Source of the DNA: an uncultured Candidatus Saccharibacteria bacterium
Lineage (GTDB): Bacteria > Patescibacteriota > Minisyncoccia > Phycocordibacterales > EsbW-18
Direction: 5' to 3'
DNA: 64,000 nt
NCBI GenBank assembly: GCA_964520295.1
Contig: CAZFMQ010000002.1
Coordinates: 50,379-114,378, forward strand
Part shown: positions 1-9,648 of the stretch, one piece after another
Layout of the letters: the number at the start of each line of letters is the position of its first letter
Position numbering within the stretch: position 1 is the stretch's first letter
Made by a program: the position numbers and the translations under genes
The notes under the pieces: model-generated
Seen by the model: only the letters and a program-made list of their open reading frames with translations
What the model was told of the DNA's origin: nothing
Databases searched by the model: none

Positions 1-1190
1 GTTCTTCAATAAGTTCAAAGGGAAATCCGTACGTGGTGAAAAGTGTCATCGCATCAGCACCACTGATAGTTGTTCCCGCTGTTTCAAATTGCTTGAGCCC
101 GCGCGCAAGCGTCTGGGCAAATTTTGTAACCTCTTCAGTAATCACCGCTACAATCTCCTGTTCTTTTTGTATCAGCGCAGGATGTTGTGCACCATATGTT
201 TCTACCATAACACGCACAAAACCCGCGATTTCTGTTGCGGTCAGTGCGCGCGCAGTGGTGTGCACGACCGCTCTACGAATAAGACGGCGCACAATATAAC
301 CACGATCTGTATTCGAAGGTATAACACCGTCAGCAATCAGGAATAGTGATGCACGCATGTGATCAGCGAGAATACGTTGCGAACGCTCAGTGTCTGTCAG
401 TGTGTGTGCATAGGTAATCAGCGCCGCAAATATATCAGTTTCAAACACATGCTGTTTGCCTTGCAAAATCGTGGCGAGACGCTCTAATCCCGCACCAGTA
501 TCTACATTCTTTTGTGCAAGTTTGCCAATAATTTTTCCATCGCGACGCTCGTATTCCATAAACACATCGTTCCAAATCTCCACCACACGCCCGCGTTGTT
601 GTGCGTCAATAAATGCTTCACGTGTTGTCAGTGCACCCTCTTCAGGATGCAGATCGTAAAACATTTCAGTGTCGGGGCCGCTCGGACCGGTTTCGCCAGG
701 ACTCCACCAATTATCCTCCGTCCCTAAAAAGAAAATGTGGTCGGCGGGCATGCCGGCACGCTGCCACACTTCTGCACTCTCAACGTCGCGCGGTGCATCA
801 TCATTACCTTCAAAGCAGGTTACATATAATCGTTGTGCATCTAAACCAAATCCTTCATCAGGAGAAGTAAGCAGTGCATAACTCCACGCAATGGCATCTT
901 CTTTGAAGTAATCGCCGAGCGACCAGTTCCCCATCATTTCAAAAAATGTCAGGTGGCGATTGTCACCCACATCATCAATATCGCCGGTGCGAACACATTT
1001 TTGAATGTTTGCGAGGCGCTTTCCTTTTGGGTGCGGTGTGCTCAATAAATATGGCACGAGTGGTTGCATACCCGCAGTCGTAAACAATGTTGACGCATCA
1101 CCTTCTGGGATAAGTGATGCAGATGGAATAATCGCGTGGCCACGCTTTTCAAAAAATGTCAGGAACCGCTGTCTAATATCTGATGACTGC
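1..1190 (-). CDS. alaS: Alanyl-tRNA synthetase, N-terminal part (gene continues beyond window start; ATG at 1188-1190)
   Basis: Manual reverse-strand translation gives MQSSDIRQRFLTFFEKRGHAIIPSASLIPEGDASTLFTTAGMQ...EIWNDVFMEYERRDGKI...DTGAGLERLATIL, matching conserved AlaRS N-terminal catalytic motifs. It is not in the ORF track because it is truncated by the window edge. Confidence 0.8.
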
Positions 1191-1193
1191 ATA

Positions 1194-2465
1194 TTACATG
1201 GTCAGTAGCTTTTTAAGCTTCGGTGTTATTTTATTTGGCCCAATGAATGCTAGGTTTACATTTTTATTTTGGAAAATGTCGCGCGCAACTTTCTGTACGT
1301 CTTGTGCAGTAACGCGTGCAATTTTCTTTAGTGTCTGCTCCGGTGTTTCAATTCGGTGTTTGAGGATTTCTTCACCGCCATACCACATGCCGAGCTGATC
1401 TGATGATTCCAACCCCATCTGAATACGCCCCATCATGAGCTCTTTTGTTTTTGCTAATTCATCGGCAGGCACTTTTTCATCGCGAATACGGCGTAATTCT
1501 TTCATAATTTCTCCAATAACTTCCTCAAGACGCGCGGTCGTCACACCTGCAGATATTTTGAGCACACCTGTGTCAGTCATTGCTTCATCTCCGGCACGCA
1601 CGTAGTAACACACTCCCATTTCCTCACGTAACTTGTGAAAAAGGCGCGAACTCATTCCTTGACCTAACACACCCGCCAATACACTCGCCGCCATATTTCG
1701 TGGGTCTGATAGGTTATACGAGCGAAAACCAAGTACAAAGTGTGTTTGATCTGTACCACGATGTTTTGAAAGTATCTGTGGTGCCTTTTGTTGTTCTTTG
1801 GTTGCGGTACGCTCTGTTCGTTTTTGTTTTGGTACGTGCGCAAAATACTTTTTTGCTTTTGTGAGTGCACTGTGCGGTGATACATCACCTGCAATAACCA
1901 GTACTGACTTGCTCGGCGTATAGTGTTTCGTGCGGTACGCAACAAAATCACGTCGCTTGAATCGTAGTAGGTTTTCTTTTGGCCCCAAAATAGTGCGCCC
2001 TGCGCTTTGATTGCCATACATGACCTTGTCCAGCACATCGTGCACCGTACGCTGTGGCAAATCTTCATACATATTGAGCTCTTCAATAATAACGCCCCGC
2101 TCTTTGATAATTTCGCCTTCAGGCAGGAGCGGATTAAGATACATATCCGACATAATTTCTAAAATGTGATCAAATTGATGCGCACGCGCTTTTGCCCAAT
2201 AGCCTGTGAACTCTTCGGAGGTAAATGCATTGCTTTCGGCGCCGATAGTATCAAGCTCGCGTGAAATCGCACCCGGGGTTGGTCGTTTTGGAGTTCCCTT
2301 GAAACACATGTGTTCCAAAAAATGTGAGATCCCGTTTTCACGCTTGCTCTCATAGCGTGAGCCCGCTTCCACAAGCACCATGACGGTAACCGTCGGATTG
2401 CCTTTCATAGGCACGACGACCACGCGCATGCCATTCGGTAGTTTTGTCTTGTGGAATGTGTTCAT
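1194..2465 (-). CDS. M16 family (insulinase/pitrilysin-like) zinc peptidase
   Basis: 423 aa ORF with an inverted zinc-binding HxxEH motif (HFLEHMCFKGT) near the N-terminus and typical M16 length. Its stop is 1 nt from the alaS start. Confidence 0.8.
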   Translation of the reverse strand: MNTFHKTKLPNGMRVVVVPMKGNPTVTVMVLVEAGSRYESKRENGISHFLEHMCFKGTPKRPTPGAISRELDTIGAESNAFTSEEFTGYWAKARAHQFDHILEIMSDMYLNPLLPEGEIIKERGVIIEELNMYEDLPQRTVHDVLDKVMYGNQSAGRTILGPKENLLRFKRRDFVAYRTKHYTPSKSVLVIAGDVSPHSALTKAKKYFAHVPKQKRTERTATKEQQKAPQILSKHRGTDQTHFVLGFRSYNLSDPRNMAASVLAGVLGQGMSSRLFHKLREEMGVCYYVRAGDEAMTDTGVLKISAGVTTARLEEVIGEIMKELRRIRDEKVPADELAKTKELMMGRIQMGLESSDQLGMWYGGEEILKHRIETPEQTLKKIARVTAQDVQKVARDIFQNKNVNLAFIGPNKITPKLKKLLTM

Positions 2466-3064
2466 ACAAACTGTTTGAGTATTTCAATGTCTTTTTTATG
2501 CGTCGGTAATAGTGCGCGCGAGTATATCGCCGATGCCGGATGGTACAACGGCACGATAATCACATCTCCATACGACGTTGTAGCAGTATACATTTTTCCG
2601 TGCGCAACTGAAATTGGTTCAAGTAACGCCTCCAAACCCATACGCTTCATAATGTACTGCATAGAGAAACGCCCGAGCGTTGCAATGACACGAGGTTGAA
2701 TGATTTCAATTTGTCTATCCAAGAACGGACCATATGCGGCAATCTCTTCGGGGGTTGGATCTCTATTCTCTGGTGGTTTGTCTTTCACAATATTGGTGAT
2801 GTAGATATCTTCACGTGACACACCTGCATGCGCCAACAGTTCATTGAGTATGTTGCCCGCCGCACCACAAAACGGTTTGCCTGTTTTTGCCTCATGACGA
2901 CCTGGTGCTTCACCAACACATAGTATACGTGCGTTATGATCCCCTTCCCCCACCACAGGAAAATACTTCTGTGTTGTACGGTATGTATACAAAGGAGATT
3001 CGGTAAACGTAAGTAGCTCATCTTGAATGGCGCGCATCTGCTCTGTCTTGGATCCCGTATCCAT
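2462..3064 (-). CDS. Uracil-DNA glycosylase, family 4 type
   Basis: The GEAPG...FxGxAG motif (VGEAPGRHEAKTGKPFCGAAGNIL) is diagnostic of UDG family 4 / SPO1-polymerase-related UDGs. The start is chosen at the internal ATG (MDTGSK) because the upstream extension is not conserved-looking. Confidence 0.7.
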   Translation of the reverse strand: MDTGSKTEQMRAIQDELLTFTESPLYTYRTTQKYFPVVGEGDHNARILCVGEAPGRHEAKTGKPFCGAAGNILNELLAHAGVSREDIYITNIVKDKPPENRDPTPEEIAAYGPFLDRQIEIIQPRVIATLGRFSMQYIMKRMGLEALLEPISVAHGKMYTATTSYGDVIIVPLYHPASAIYSRALLPTHKKDIEILKQFV

Positions 3065-3217
3065 GCGCACAGTATACAACAGTGTCCTTACGTGATTACC
3101 ACAAGCATACCGCCGTATTGCTTTTTGAGTATAGAGGCGTACTATCCACCCCAGAGTTGCACCTTCACAATACACAGACATTCGGAAACGTAGTTTCCGA
3201 GCAGAGAAAGGAGAGAA

Positions 3218-4654
3218 ATGCAGGAGAAGCCCAAGCACTATGTCTTGGATACCAGCGTGCTAATGCACGCACCTGAATGCGTAGACCCGCAACGGTCGCC
3301 ATTCGGTGACAACAACGTCACCATCCCTGTGATGGTCTTGCATGAACTTGATCATCTCAAGATGGATGCACGTCGTGGTGCCAACGCCCGAGAGGTCATC
3401 CGTCTCATGGGAGAGGTATTTCCCACCCGGGAAACGATGCACCAGGGTGTGCCCACGGTCGGTGGTGGTCGGATGTTCATCCGCGCCGTCAACGGCAGTG
3501 GCACATTCGTGCTTCCCAAGGAGTATGCCGGCAACACCGGTGATGATTACATCATTCGGGTTGCAGGCATGCTTGCGGAAGAACTGCAGGACACGAATGT
3601 GGTACTGGTGACGAAGGATATTTCCCTTCGTCTCAAGGCACGAGCCGCCGGCGTTGATGCCGACGACCTCAAAACCGGAAAGGTGCAGAAGCCACAGGCT
3701 CTTGCACCCCACATCGCCGACATTGTCGTTGACGGTTCCGTCATCGACGACCTCTACCAAGAGGGGTCCGTCCCCGTGGACGGCTTGCCACTGCCCTACG
3801 GCATCATCTGCAACACCTGTTGCAGATTGACCGATGTGGCGGGCAAAACGCACGCGCTCGGGCTCTACACCACCGATACCATTTCGGTGGTGCGTAAGGT
3901 ACCCGAACACGGCAAGCGTGCCATTGTCCCGCGCAATGCGGAGCAACACTTCGCATACGCGATGGCGGTAAACCCCAACATCCTCACGACTATCCTCGTG
4001 GGAATTGCAGGCACGGGCAAGACGCTCATGGCGTTGAAGGCGGGCGTGGATTTGCTGGAAGATCCCAGCTCATCCATCAATCGCATCCTCGTCTTCAGGC
4101 CAATGATTGAAATCGGATCACCACTCGGCTTTCTGCCGGGTTCAGCCGAGGAGAAGTTCTCGCCGTGGGCGAGCGCCATCACCACCAACCTCGAGCTGTT
4201 GTTTGCCCGTCGTGGGAACAACGGCAACAATGGTCATGCCGCTCAACATGGGGCGGGTACTGACGAGGACGAGGGCAAGAAGCGTGGTAACAAAACAGAA
4301 TCTGGACGTGAGAAGATGCGCCGCTACCTTCGGGAGGGTATCATTTCCGTCCAGCCGGTCACCTTCATTCGAGGTACCACACTTCCCAACTCCTTCATTA
4401 TCGTAGACGAGAGCCAAAACCTCTCGCCGCACGAGGTGAAGGCGCTGCTGACGCGCACAGGCGAAGGGTCCAAGGTGGTGCTGACTGGCGATCTTTCACA
4501 GATCGACAGCCCCCACCTAGATGCCGCATCCTGCGGGCTCGCAAAAGCGCTTGAGCGCATGCGCGGGTACCCAAAGTTCAGCGCCATCGAGCTGACCCGT
4601 GGCGAGCGTTCGCAACTCGCGACGCTCGTTGCTGAAATTTTCTCCGATCTCTGA
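3218..4654 (+). CDS. PhoH2-like protein: N-terminal PIN domain fused to PhoH-type P-loop ATPase (YlaK/PhoH2 architecture)
   Basis: The N-terminus YVLDTSVLMHAP is PIN-like. A Walker A (GIAGTGKT), IIVDESQNL and GDLSQID give the PhoH signature. A strong SD (aaaggagag) lies 3 nt upstream. GC is about 58% against about 46% in the neighbours. Confidence 0.8.
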   Translation: MQEKPKHYVLDTSVLMHAPECVDPQRSPFGDNNVTIPVMVLHELDHLKMDARRGANAREVIRLMGEVFPTRETMHQGVPTVGGGRMFIRAVNGSGTFVLPKEYAGNTGDDYIIRVAGMLAEELQDTNVVLVTKDISLRLKARAAGVDADDLKTGKVQKPQALAPHIADIVVDGSVIDDLYQEGSVPVDGLPLPYGIICNTCCRLTDVAGKTHALGLYTTDTISVVRKVPEHGKRAIVPRNAEQHFAYAMAVNPNILTTILVGIAGTGKTLMALKAGVDLLEDPSSSINRILVFRPMIEIGSPLGFLPGSAEEKFSPWASAITTNLELLFARRGNNGNNGHAAQHGAGTDEDEGKKRGNKTESGREKMRRYLREGIISVQPVTFIRGTTLPNSFIIVDESQNLSPHEVKALLTRTGEGSKVVLTGDLSQIDSPHLDAASCGLAKALERMRGYPKFSAIELTRGERSQLATLVAEIFSDL

Positions 4655-4661
4655 TGTATTT

Positions 4662-4700
4662 GACCCGTCGTGCGCAGTGCGTACGGCGGGTTTCTTTTTT
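4662..4700 (+). terminator. Rho-independent terminator after the PhoH2-like gene
   Basis: GC-rich imperfect hairpin gacccgtcgtgcgcagtgcgtacggcgggt followed by a tttctttttt tract. Confidence 0.6.
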
Positions 4701-4896
4701 GGATATAAAAACAAAATATGAATCATATACAAAAAATATTATGCGACATGGTTTTGTAAGACAGTATCAACACAATCTGTCGGCACTCTTGACCACCTGT
4801 TTTTTTTGAAACATTGTGCTTATCCCCAACGTCTTTCCTTGTATAGTTTTGATATAGTGAAAGAACATTTATCACATAATCTTTGTATTCGTATCT

Positions 4897-7239
4897 ATGG
4901 CACACACAACAGCGAAGCGCGTAAGCGGCATTACCAAGATTGTAAAACGTAACGGTAGCACGGTTGCGTTTGACAGAGATAAAATTGCCGTTGCTGTTGA
5001 AAAAGCATTACGCGCCGCTGGTGAATATACAAAAGGTGCCCCGGAACAAGTCGCAAAAGCAGTAGAAAAAGCACTTATTGCGCAAAAAAAGGCGCAAAAA
5101 TCATATGTACCGACCGTTGAAGGTGTTCAGGATGCTGTGGAAAAGGAGCTCATGCTTCTAGGTCATACAACTACTGCCAAGGCCTATATTCTCTATCGTG
5201 TAGAACGATCTCGCATTCGCTATGAACAGGGCGAAGTGCCTGAACACGTCAAAAAACTTGCCGAAGAGAGCAAAAAGTACTTTAAAGACAACCCATTGGG
5301 TGAATTTGTCTATTTACGCACGTACGCACGCTGGATTGAATCAGAAAATCGTCGCGAAACATGGGTAGAGACTGTTGATCGTTATATGTCATTCATGCGC
5401 GAAAACCTCGGCAAAAAATTAAAAGACAGCGAATACAGCGAATTGCGCGAAGCAATCCTCAAACAAGAAGTTATGCCATCTATGCGTTTGATGCAGTTTG
5501 CTGGTGAACCTGCACGCCGTTGTAACACCTGTGCATACAACTGCACCTACACCGCAACAACCAAATTGGAGGATTTTGCAGAAATTATGTATCTCTCCAT
5601 GCAGGGTTGTGGTGTTGGATTCACCGTTGAAAGCCAAAATATTGAAAAATTGCCACAGATTCAGAAACAATCAGGTACCGTACTCCCTACCTACACCGTT
5701 GCAGATTCAAAGGAGGGGTGGTGTGATGCACTGACACACGGTCTCAAAACATGGTACAACGGCCAAGATGTAGAGTTTGATTTCTCACAGATTCGTCCAG
5801 CGGGTGCACGCCTCAAAATTATGGGTGGAAAAGCATCAGGACCAGATCCATTGCGTTCCCTACTGGTATTTGCACGCGAAAAGATTTTGCGCCGCCAAGG
5901 TCGTCGCCTGCGCCCCGTTGATGCGCACGACATCATCTGCAAAATTGGTGAATGTGTTGTTGCCGGTGGTGTGCGCCGCACCGCAATGATTTCTCTTTCC
6001 GACTTGGACGATTCTGACATGCGCGATGCAAAAAAGGGACGCTTCTACGTCAATGAACCGTATCGCGTGGTAGCAAACAACTCTGCTGTCTATGAATCAC
6101 AGCCATCAAGTACAGAACTTATGGAGGAGTGGATTGCACTCATGAAAAGTGGTTCGGGAGAGCGCGGTCTGTTCAACCGCGGTTCGCTCTCAAAAAATAT
6201 TCCTGCACGCCGTTTGAAGTATTTACAGGCAAAGGGGCGCGCCACACAGGACGGAGTGATGCTGACGAGCATTGGTACCAATCCATGCGCCGAAATTATT
6301 TTGCAACCAAAACAATTCTGTAATCTCTCCGAGGTAATTGCACGTGCCGGCGATACACAAGAAGAGCTCGTACGCAAAGCACGCCTTGCCTCAATGCTCG
6401 GCACGTACCAATCAACACTAACTAACTTCAAATACATCTCAAAAGAGTGGACTGAAAATTGTCGCGACGAATCGTTGTTGGGCGTATCAGTTACAGGACA
6501 ATGGGATTCCGAAGAGTCACGCAACCCTGCAACGTTGCGTGCAATGCGTGACGTGGCAGTAAAGACAAATGCCACCTACGCAAAACGTTTTGGGGTCAAT
6601 CCATCCACGTCAGTGACTGCGGTAAAACCATCAGGTACGGTATCGCAAACATTCAACTGTGCATCAGGTATTCACCCACGACATGCTGAATACTACATTC
6701 GTCGCGTGCGTATCTCTGCAACCGATTCGCTCTTCCGCATGATGCGCGATCAAGGTGTGCCGGCAGTTCCAGAAGTGGGACAGACCGTAGATAATGCCAC
6801 CACGTATGTTCTTGAGTTCCCTGTAAAATCACCGGAGCACTCAAAGTACAAAGATGATTTTAGTGCTATTGATCAGCTTGAGTATTGGAAAAATATCAAA
6901 CTCAACTACACCGAGCACAATCCATCAGCAACTATCTCTGTGGGCGAAGACGAATGGATTGCCGTTGTAGATTGGATTCAGAAAAACTGGGATATTGTCG
7001 GTGGTCTTTCTTTCCTCCCTCGCTTTGATCACGTGTACCAACTTGCGCCATACGAAACAATTGATAAGAAGCGCTACGATGAGATGGTAGCGGCATTTCC
7101 TAAAATTGATTATGCAAAGTTGGTAACCTACGAAGTTACTGATGGAACCGAACAAAAGCGAGAATTAGCATGCGCCGGCGGTACGTGTGAAATTGAACCA
7201 ATGCCTGAAGAGGCAAAAGTGACAAAGGCAAAAGCGTAA
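4897..7239 (+). CDS. nrdJ: Class II (adenosylcobalamin-dependent) ribonucleotide reductase with N-terminal ATP-cone
   Basis: An ATP-cone N-terminus (KIVKRNGSTVAFDRDKIAVAVEKAL), the class II NPCAEI motif (IGTNPCAEIILQP) and a C-terminal Cys pair (CAGGTCEIEP). Confidence 0.85.
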   Translation: MAHTTAKRVSGITKIVKRNGSTVAFDRDKIAVAVEKALRAAGEYTKGAPEQVAKAVEKALIAQKKAQKSYVPTVEGVQDAVEKELMLLGHTTTAKAYILYRVERSRIRYEQGEVPEHVKKLAEESKKYFKDNPLGEFVYLRTYARWIESENRRETWVETVDRYMSFMRENLGKKLKDSEYSELREAILKQEVMPSMRLMQFAGEPARRCNTCAYNCTYTATTKLEDFAEIMYLSMQGCGVGFTVESQNIEKLPQIQKQSGTVLPTYTVADSKEGWCDALTHGLKTWYNGQDVEFDFSQIRPAGARLKIMGGKASGPDPLRSLLVFAREKILRRQGRRLRPVDAHDIICKIGECVVAGGVRRTAMISLSDLDDSDMRDAKKGRFYVNEPYRVVANNSAVYESQPSSTELMEEWIALMKSGSGERGLFNRGSLSKNIPARRLKYLQAKGRATQDGVMLTSIGTNPCAEIILQPKQFCNLSEVIARAGDTQEELVRKARLASMLGTYQSTLTNFKYISKEWTENCRDESLLGVSVTGQWDSEESRNPATLRAMRDVAVKTNATYAKRFGVNPSTSVTAVKPSGTVSQTFNCASGIHPRHAEYYIRRVRISATDSLFRMMRDQGVPAVPEVGQTVDNATTYVLEFPVKSPEHSKYKDDFSAIDQLEYWKNIKLNYTEHNPSATISVGEDEWIAVVDWIQKNWDIVGGLSFLPRFDHVYQLAPYETIDKKRYDEMVAAFPKIDYAKLVTYEVTDGTEQKRELACAGGTCEIEPMPEEAKVTKAKA

Positions 7240-7241
7240 CT

Positions 7242-7772
7242 ATGCTCTACACCCGCAAAGGTGATGACGGCACATCGGGTTTGTTTGGCACAAAAGAGCG
7301 CTTCCCTAAAAACAGTCCTTTGTATGAAGCGCTCGGGGACGTAGATGAACTCAATTCGTTCATTGGATTGTGTCGCACAAAAGCAGGATCATTGCGTGCT
7401 TTTGACGTATCTGCGGAATTACTCACTGTACAACAATGTTTGTTCATCATACAAGCGGAACTCGCAGGAGCAGATAAACGCATGTCTCAAGCGCATATAG
7501 ACGTCTTGGAGGCAGTTGTGGCGCGCGCCGAAGAACCAATTGGCAATCCACACTCGTTTATTGTGCCCGGCACCACTGAAGCGTCGGCGTTGTTGGATGT
7601 AGCGCGCGTCGTATGCCGACGCGCTGAGCGTTCGGTCATAGCCGCGCGCACTCAAAAAGAGATATCAAAAAGTGCGTATGCGTACCTCAACCGCCTCTCT
7701 AGTTTGCTCTACGCACTCGCCCGTCTTGCCGCTTTTGAGAGCGACACACCAGAGGAAAAACCAACCTACTAG
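7242..7772 (+). CDS. PduO-type ATP:cob(I)alamin adenosyltransferase
   Basis: The N-terminal MLYTRKGDDGTSGLFGTKER...LGDVDELNSFIG matches the PduO/MMAB-type ATR signature. It lies immediately downstream of nrdJ. Confidence 0.8.
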   Translation: MLYTRKGDDGTSGLFGTKERFPKNSPLYEALGDVDELNSFIGLCRTKAGSLRAFDVSAELLTVQQCLFIIQAELAGADKRMSQAHIDVLEAVVARAEEPIGNPHSFIVPGTTEASALLDVARVVCRRAERSVIAARTQKEISKSAYAYLNRLSSLLYALARLAAFESDTPEEKPTY

Positions 7773-8644
7773 AACAATGTGAGTATTTTTTGAATACCTG
7801 CAAGATTCTGTTCCCATTCAATATGTTCGTGTGTGGCAAGTTCAACGGTGATTGCGGGAATGTTGATAGATGCCAACCATCCCTCTGCGTCGCCACTGAT
7901 AGGATATGCATCAAATGTTGAAACGGGAGTATAGCCCGCAGCGTCAGCATATGCCTGCATGAGCGTACGTGTTGTCGGCAAGACACCCCCATGGCATTCA
8001 GATGCGTATACTGCATTTGCTTGACTGTGCCAAAAGACAACTGCAGATGGTGCGAAGGTCGTCACAGCAAAACGAATTGCCTGTGCTTCTGGTTCAGAAA
8101 ATGGTGCCGTACCTGCAGATACTTCTTGCGAACGCCACGTGCTAGTCGGTTGCCACTTGCAATCAAAATTTCGATTGAGGTCTACATCGCGCGCGTTAAA
8201 TCGAGCAGATGCAAGCAGTGTTTGATTTGTTGATGCATCTGCCGCAGTAAAGCGTCCTTCTGTGCCCACTACCTCAACAAGGGCGTCGGGATTTGCAGAT
8301 GGAATAACGACCAATGAAAGATGCGACGGCACAAACGTTGGGTTTGTCGTCAAGTAATCCATGAATGTGTATGCCAACAATGTGCTGTTCCACTCATACC
8401 CGCCGTGCATACCGCCCACAAACATAAGTGTTGTTGAGCCAGTACCATACACGTACGCGGTAATGGGACGACCTTGTACGGATTGCCCGATCTGCTGTTG
8501 GCGCATTGCAGGCACCTCTTGATCCACTGTTGGTGCAACCTCTTCGGGTTTCTGTGTCATGCGATACACAAACACGCCACCGAGTAATAGAAGGATGGCG
8601 AGTATTGTGCCAACGAGGCGAAACCCTAGTCGTGTTGGAAACAT
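7769..8644 (-). CDS. Membrane-anchored M14-family zinc carboxypeptidase-like protein (catalytic residues intact)
   Basis: An N-terminal TM helix, HGGYEW (HxxE zinc ligands), DLNRNFD, a second His (FWHSQ) and a catalytic Glu in ITVELAT. Confidence 0.65.
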   Translation of the reverse strand: MFPTRLGFRLVGTILAILLLLGGVFVYRMTQKPEEVAPTVDQEVPAMRQQQIGQSVQGRPITAYVYGTGSTTLMFVGGMHGGYEWNSTLLAYTFMDYLTTNPTFVPSHLSLVVIPSANPDALVEVVGTEGRFTAADASTNQTLLASARFNARDVDLNRNFDCKWQPTSTWRSQEVSAGTAPFSEPEAQAIRFAVTTFAPSAVVFWHSQANAVYASECHGGVLPTTRTLMQAYADAAGYTPVSTFDAYPISGDAEGWLASINIPAITVELATHEHIEWEQNLAGIQKILTLF

Positions 8645-9543
8645 TATTCTGCGAGGTCAGCGAGTACTGCCTCAATACCCTTGCGGTTTTTCTCCCACTC
8701 GGTGTTAGTATGATCCGTTAGCAATACGCTGATTGCAGGAATACCATTCTTAGCAAGCCAGTTAACCATATCGCCTGATGTTTCGTATGCATCAAAACTC
8801 TGGTGTGCTGGGTATCCTGATGCTTGTGCGAAGAGATTCGTGAGTGCTGTTGTGTCGCTAGATACTGTCTTGCCTTCACATGATGATGCGTACACACCAC
8901 CTGCTGCGCTATACCACACCACAACTGCATCTGGCTTGTATGACACTACGAAATCGCGTACCGCACGGCTTTCTGATTCAGAAAATGCGCTCGTACCACC
9001 CGATACTGTTTTATTTTGCCATACACCGGTTGTCTTCCATCCACAATCAAAGTTTCGGTTGAGATCTACAGTATTTTCGTTGAATCGACCTGCTACTGTC
9101 GCTTCAGAAGCTGTGTTAACACTATTTGCTGAAAATCCTTCATTGTCGGCAACAACCTTGGCAAGACCGTCTGGGTTTACTACTGGAATCACAACTACCT
9201 GTACACCTTCAGGAACTGCGCTTGGATTTGCAGAAAGAAAATCAATCAATTCGTATGCGAGCAGTGATGTATTCCATGCATAGCCACCGTGAATACCTCC
9301 CACAAAGAGTGCCTTGTTGTCGCCTGTACCAAAACGGTACGCAATAATATCGCGTCCACCTTCAGAAGAACCGATGACTGCTTGTGCATCCTGTGGTTCA
9401 GTCGGTGTTATATCCGTTGTCGTTGTTGCTGTCGGTGTCGTCGTTGCAGTATCAACCGGCGTGGTGTCCGGAGATTTTTTCAACATTGAGTATCCAATAA
9501 AACCGAGAATAAGAATCGCGAGAATAATAAGTGCTTTTTTCAT
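8644..9543 (-). CDS. Paralogous M14-like protein with Thr-rich linker; zinc-ligand Glu and catalytic Glu replaced (likely non-catalytic)
   Basis: Clear paralog of 7769-8644 (GGIHGGYAWN, DLNRNFDC). It has HGGYAWN instead of HGGYEWN and ISVLLTD instead of ITVELAT. It has an N-terminal TM helix and a T/P-rich linker. Confidence 0.6.
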   Translation of the reverse strand: MKKALIILAILILGFIGYSMLKKSPDTTPVDTATTTPTATTTTDITPTEPQDAQAVIGSSEGGRDIIAYRFGTGDNKALFVGGIHGGYAWNTSLLAYELIDFLSANPSAVPEGVQVVVIPVVNPDGLAKVVADNEGFSANSVNTASEATVAGRFNENTVDLNRNFDCGWKTTGVWQNKTVSGGTSAFSESESRAVRDFVVSYKPDAVVVWYSAAGGVYASSCEGKTVSSDTTALTNLFAQASGYPAHQSFDAYETSGDMVNWLAKNGIPAISVLLTDHTNTEWEKNRKGIEAVLADLAE

Positions 9544-9648
9544 ACTACGTTGTGTTACAAACTATATGGTGACTAAATTACTATACGTTACAGTATACGT
9601 CTCTCTTTTTGGTATGGCTAGTACTTTACAGAGCAGGTATTCCCTGTC

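Noticed and set aside
3260-3949. 229-aa ORF on minus strand inside the PhoH2-like gene, plus several other 60-120 aa ORFs in both strands of 3218-4654
   Set aside because: High-GC DNA generates long stop-free antisense frames. The plus-strand frame carries clear PIN and PhoH motifs, so the overlapping ORFs are spurious.
4700-4896. Possible cobalamin riboswitch or NrdR box upstream of nrdJ
   Set aside because: B12 riboswitches usually control B12-independent RNRs, not nrdJ. No B12-box-like conserved core or convincing NrdR palindrome was seen in this AT-rich leader.
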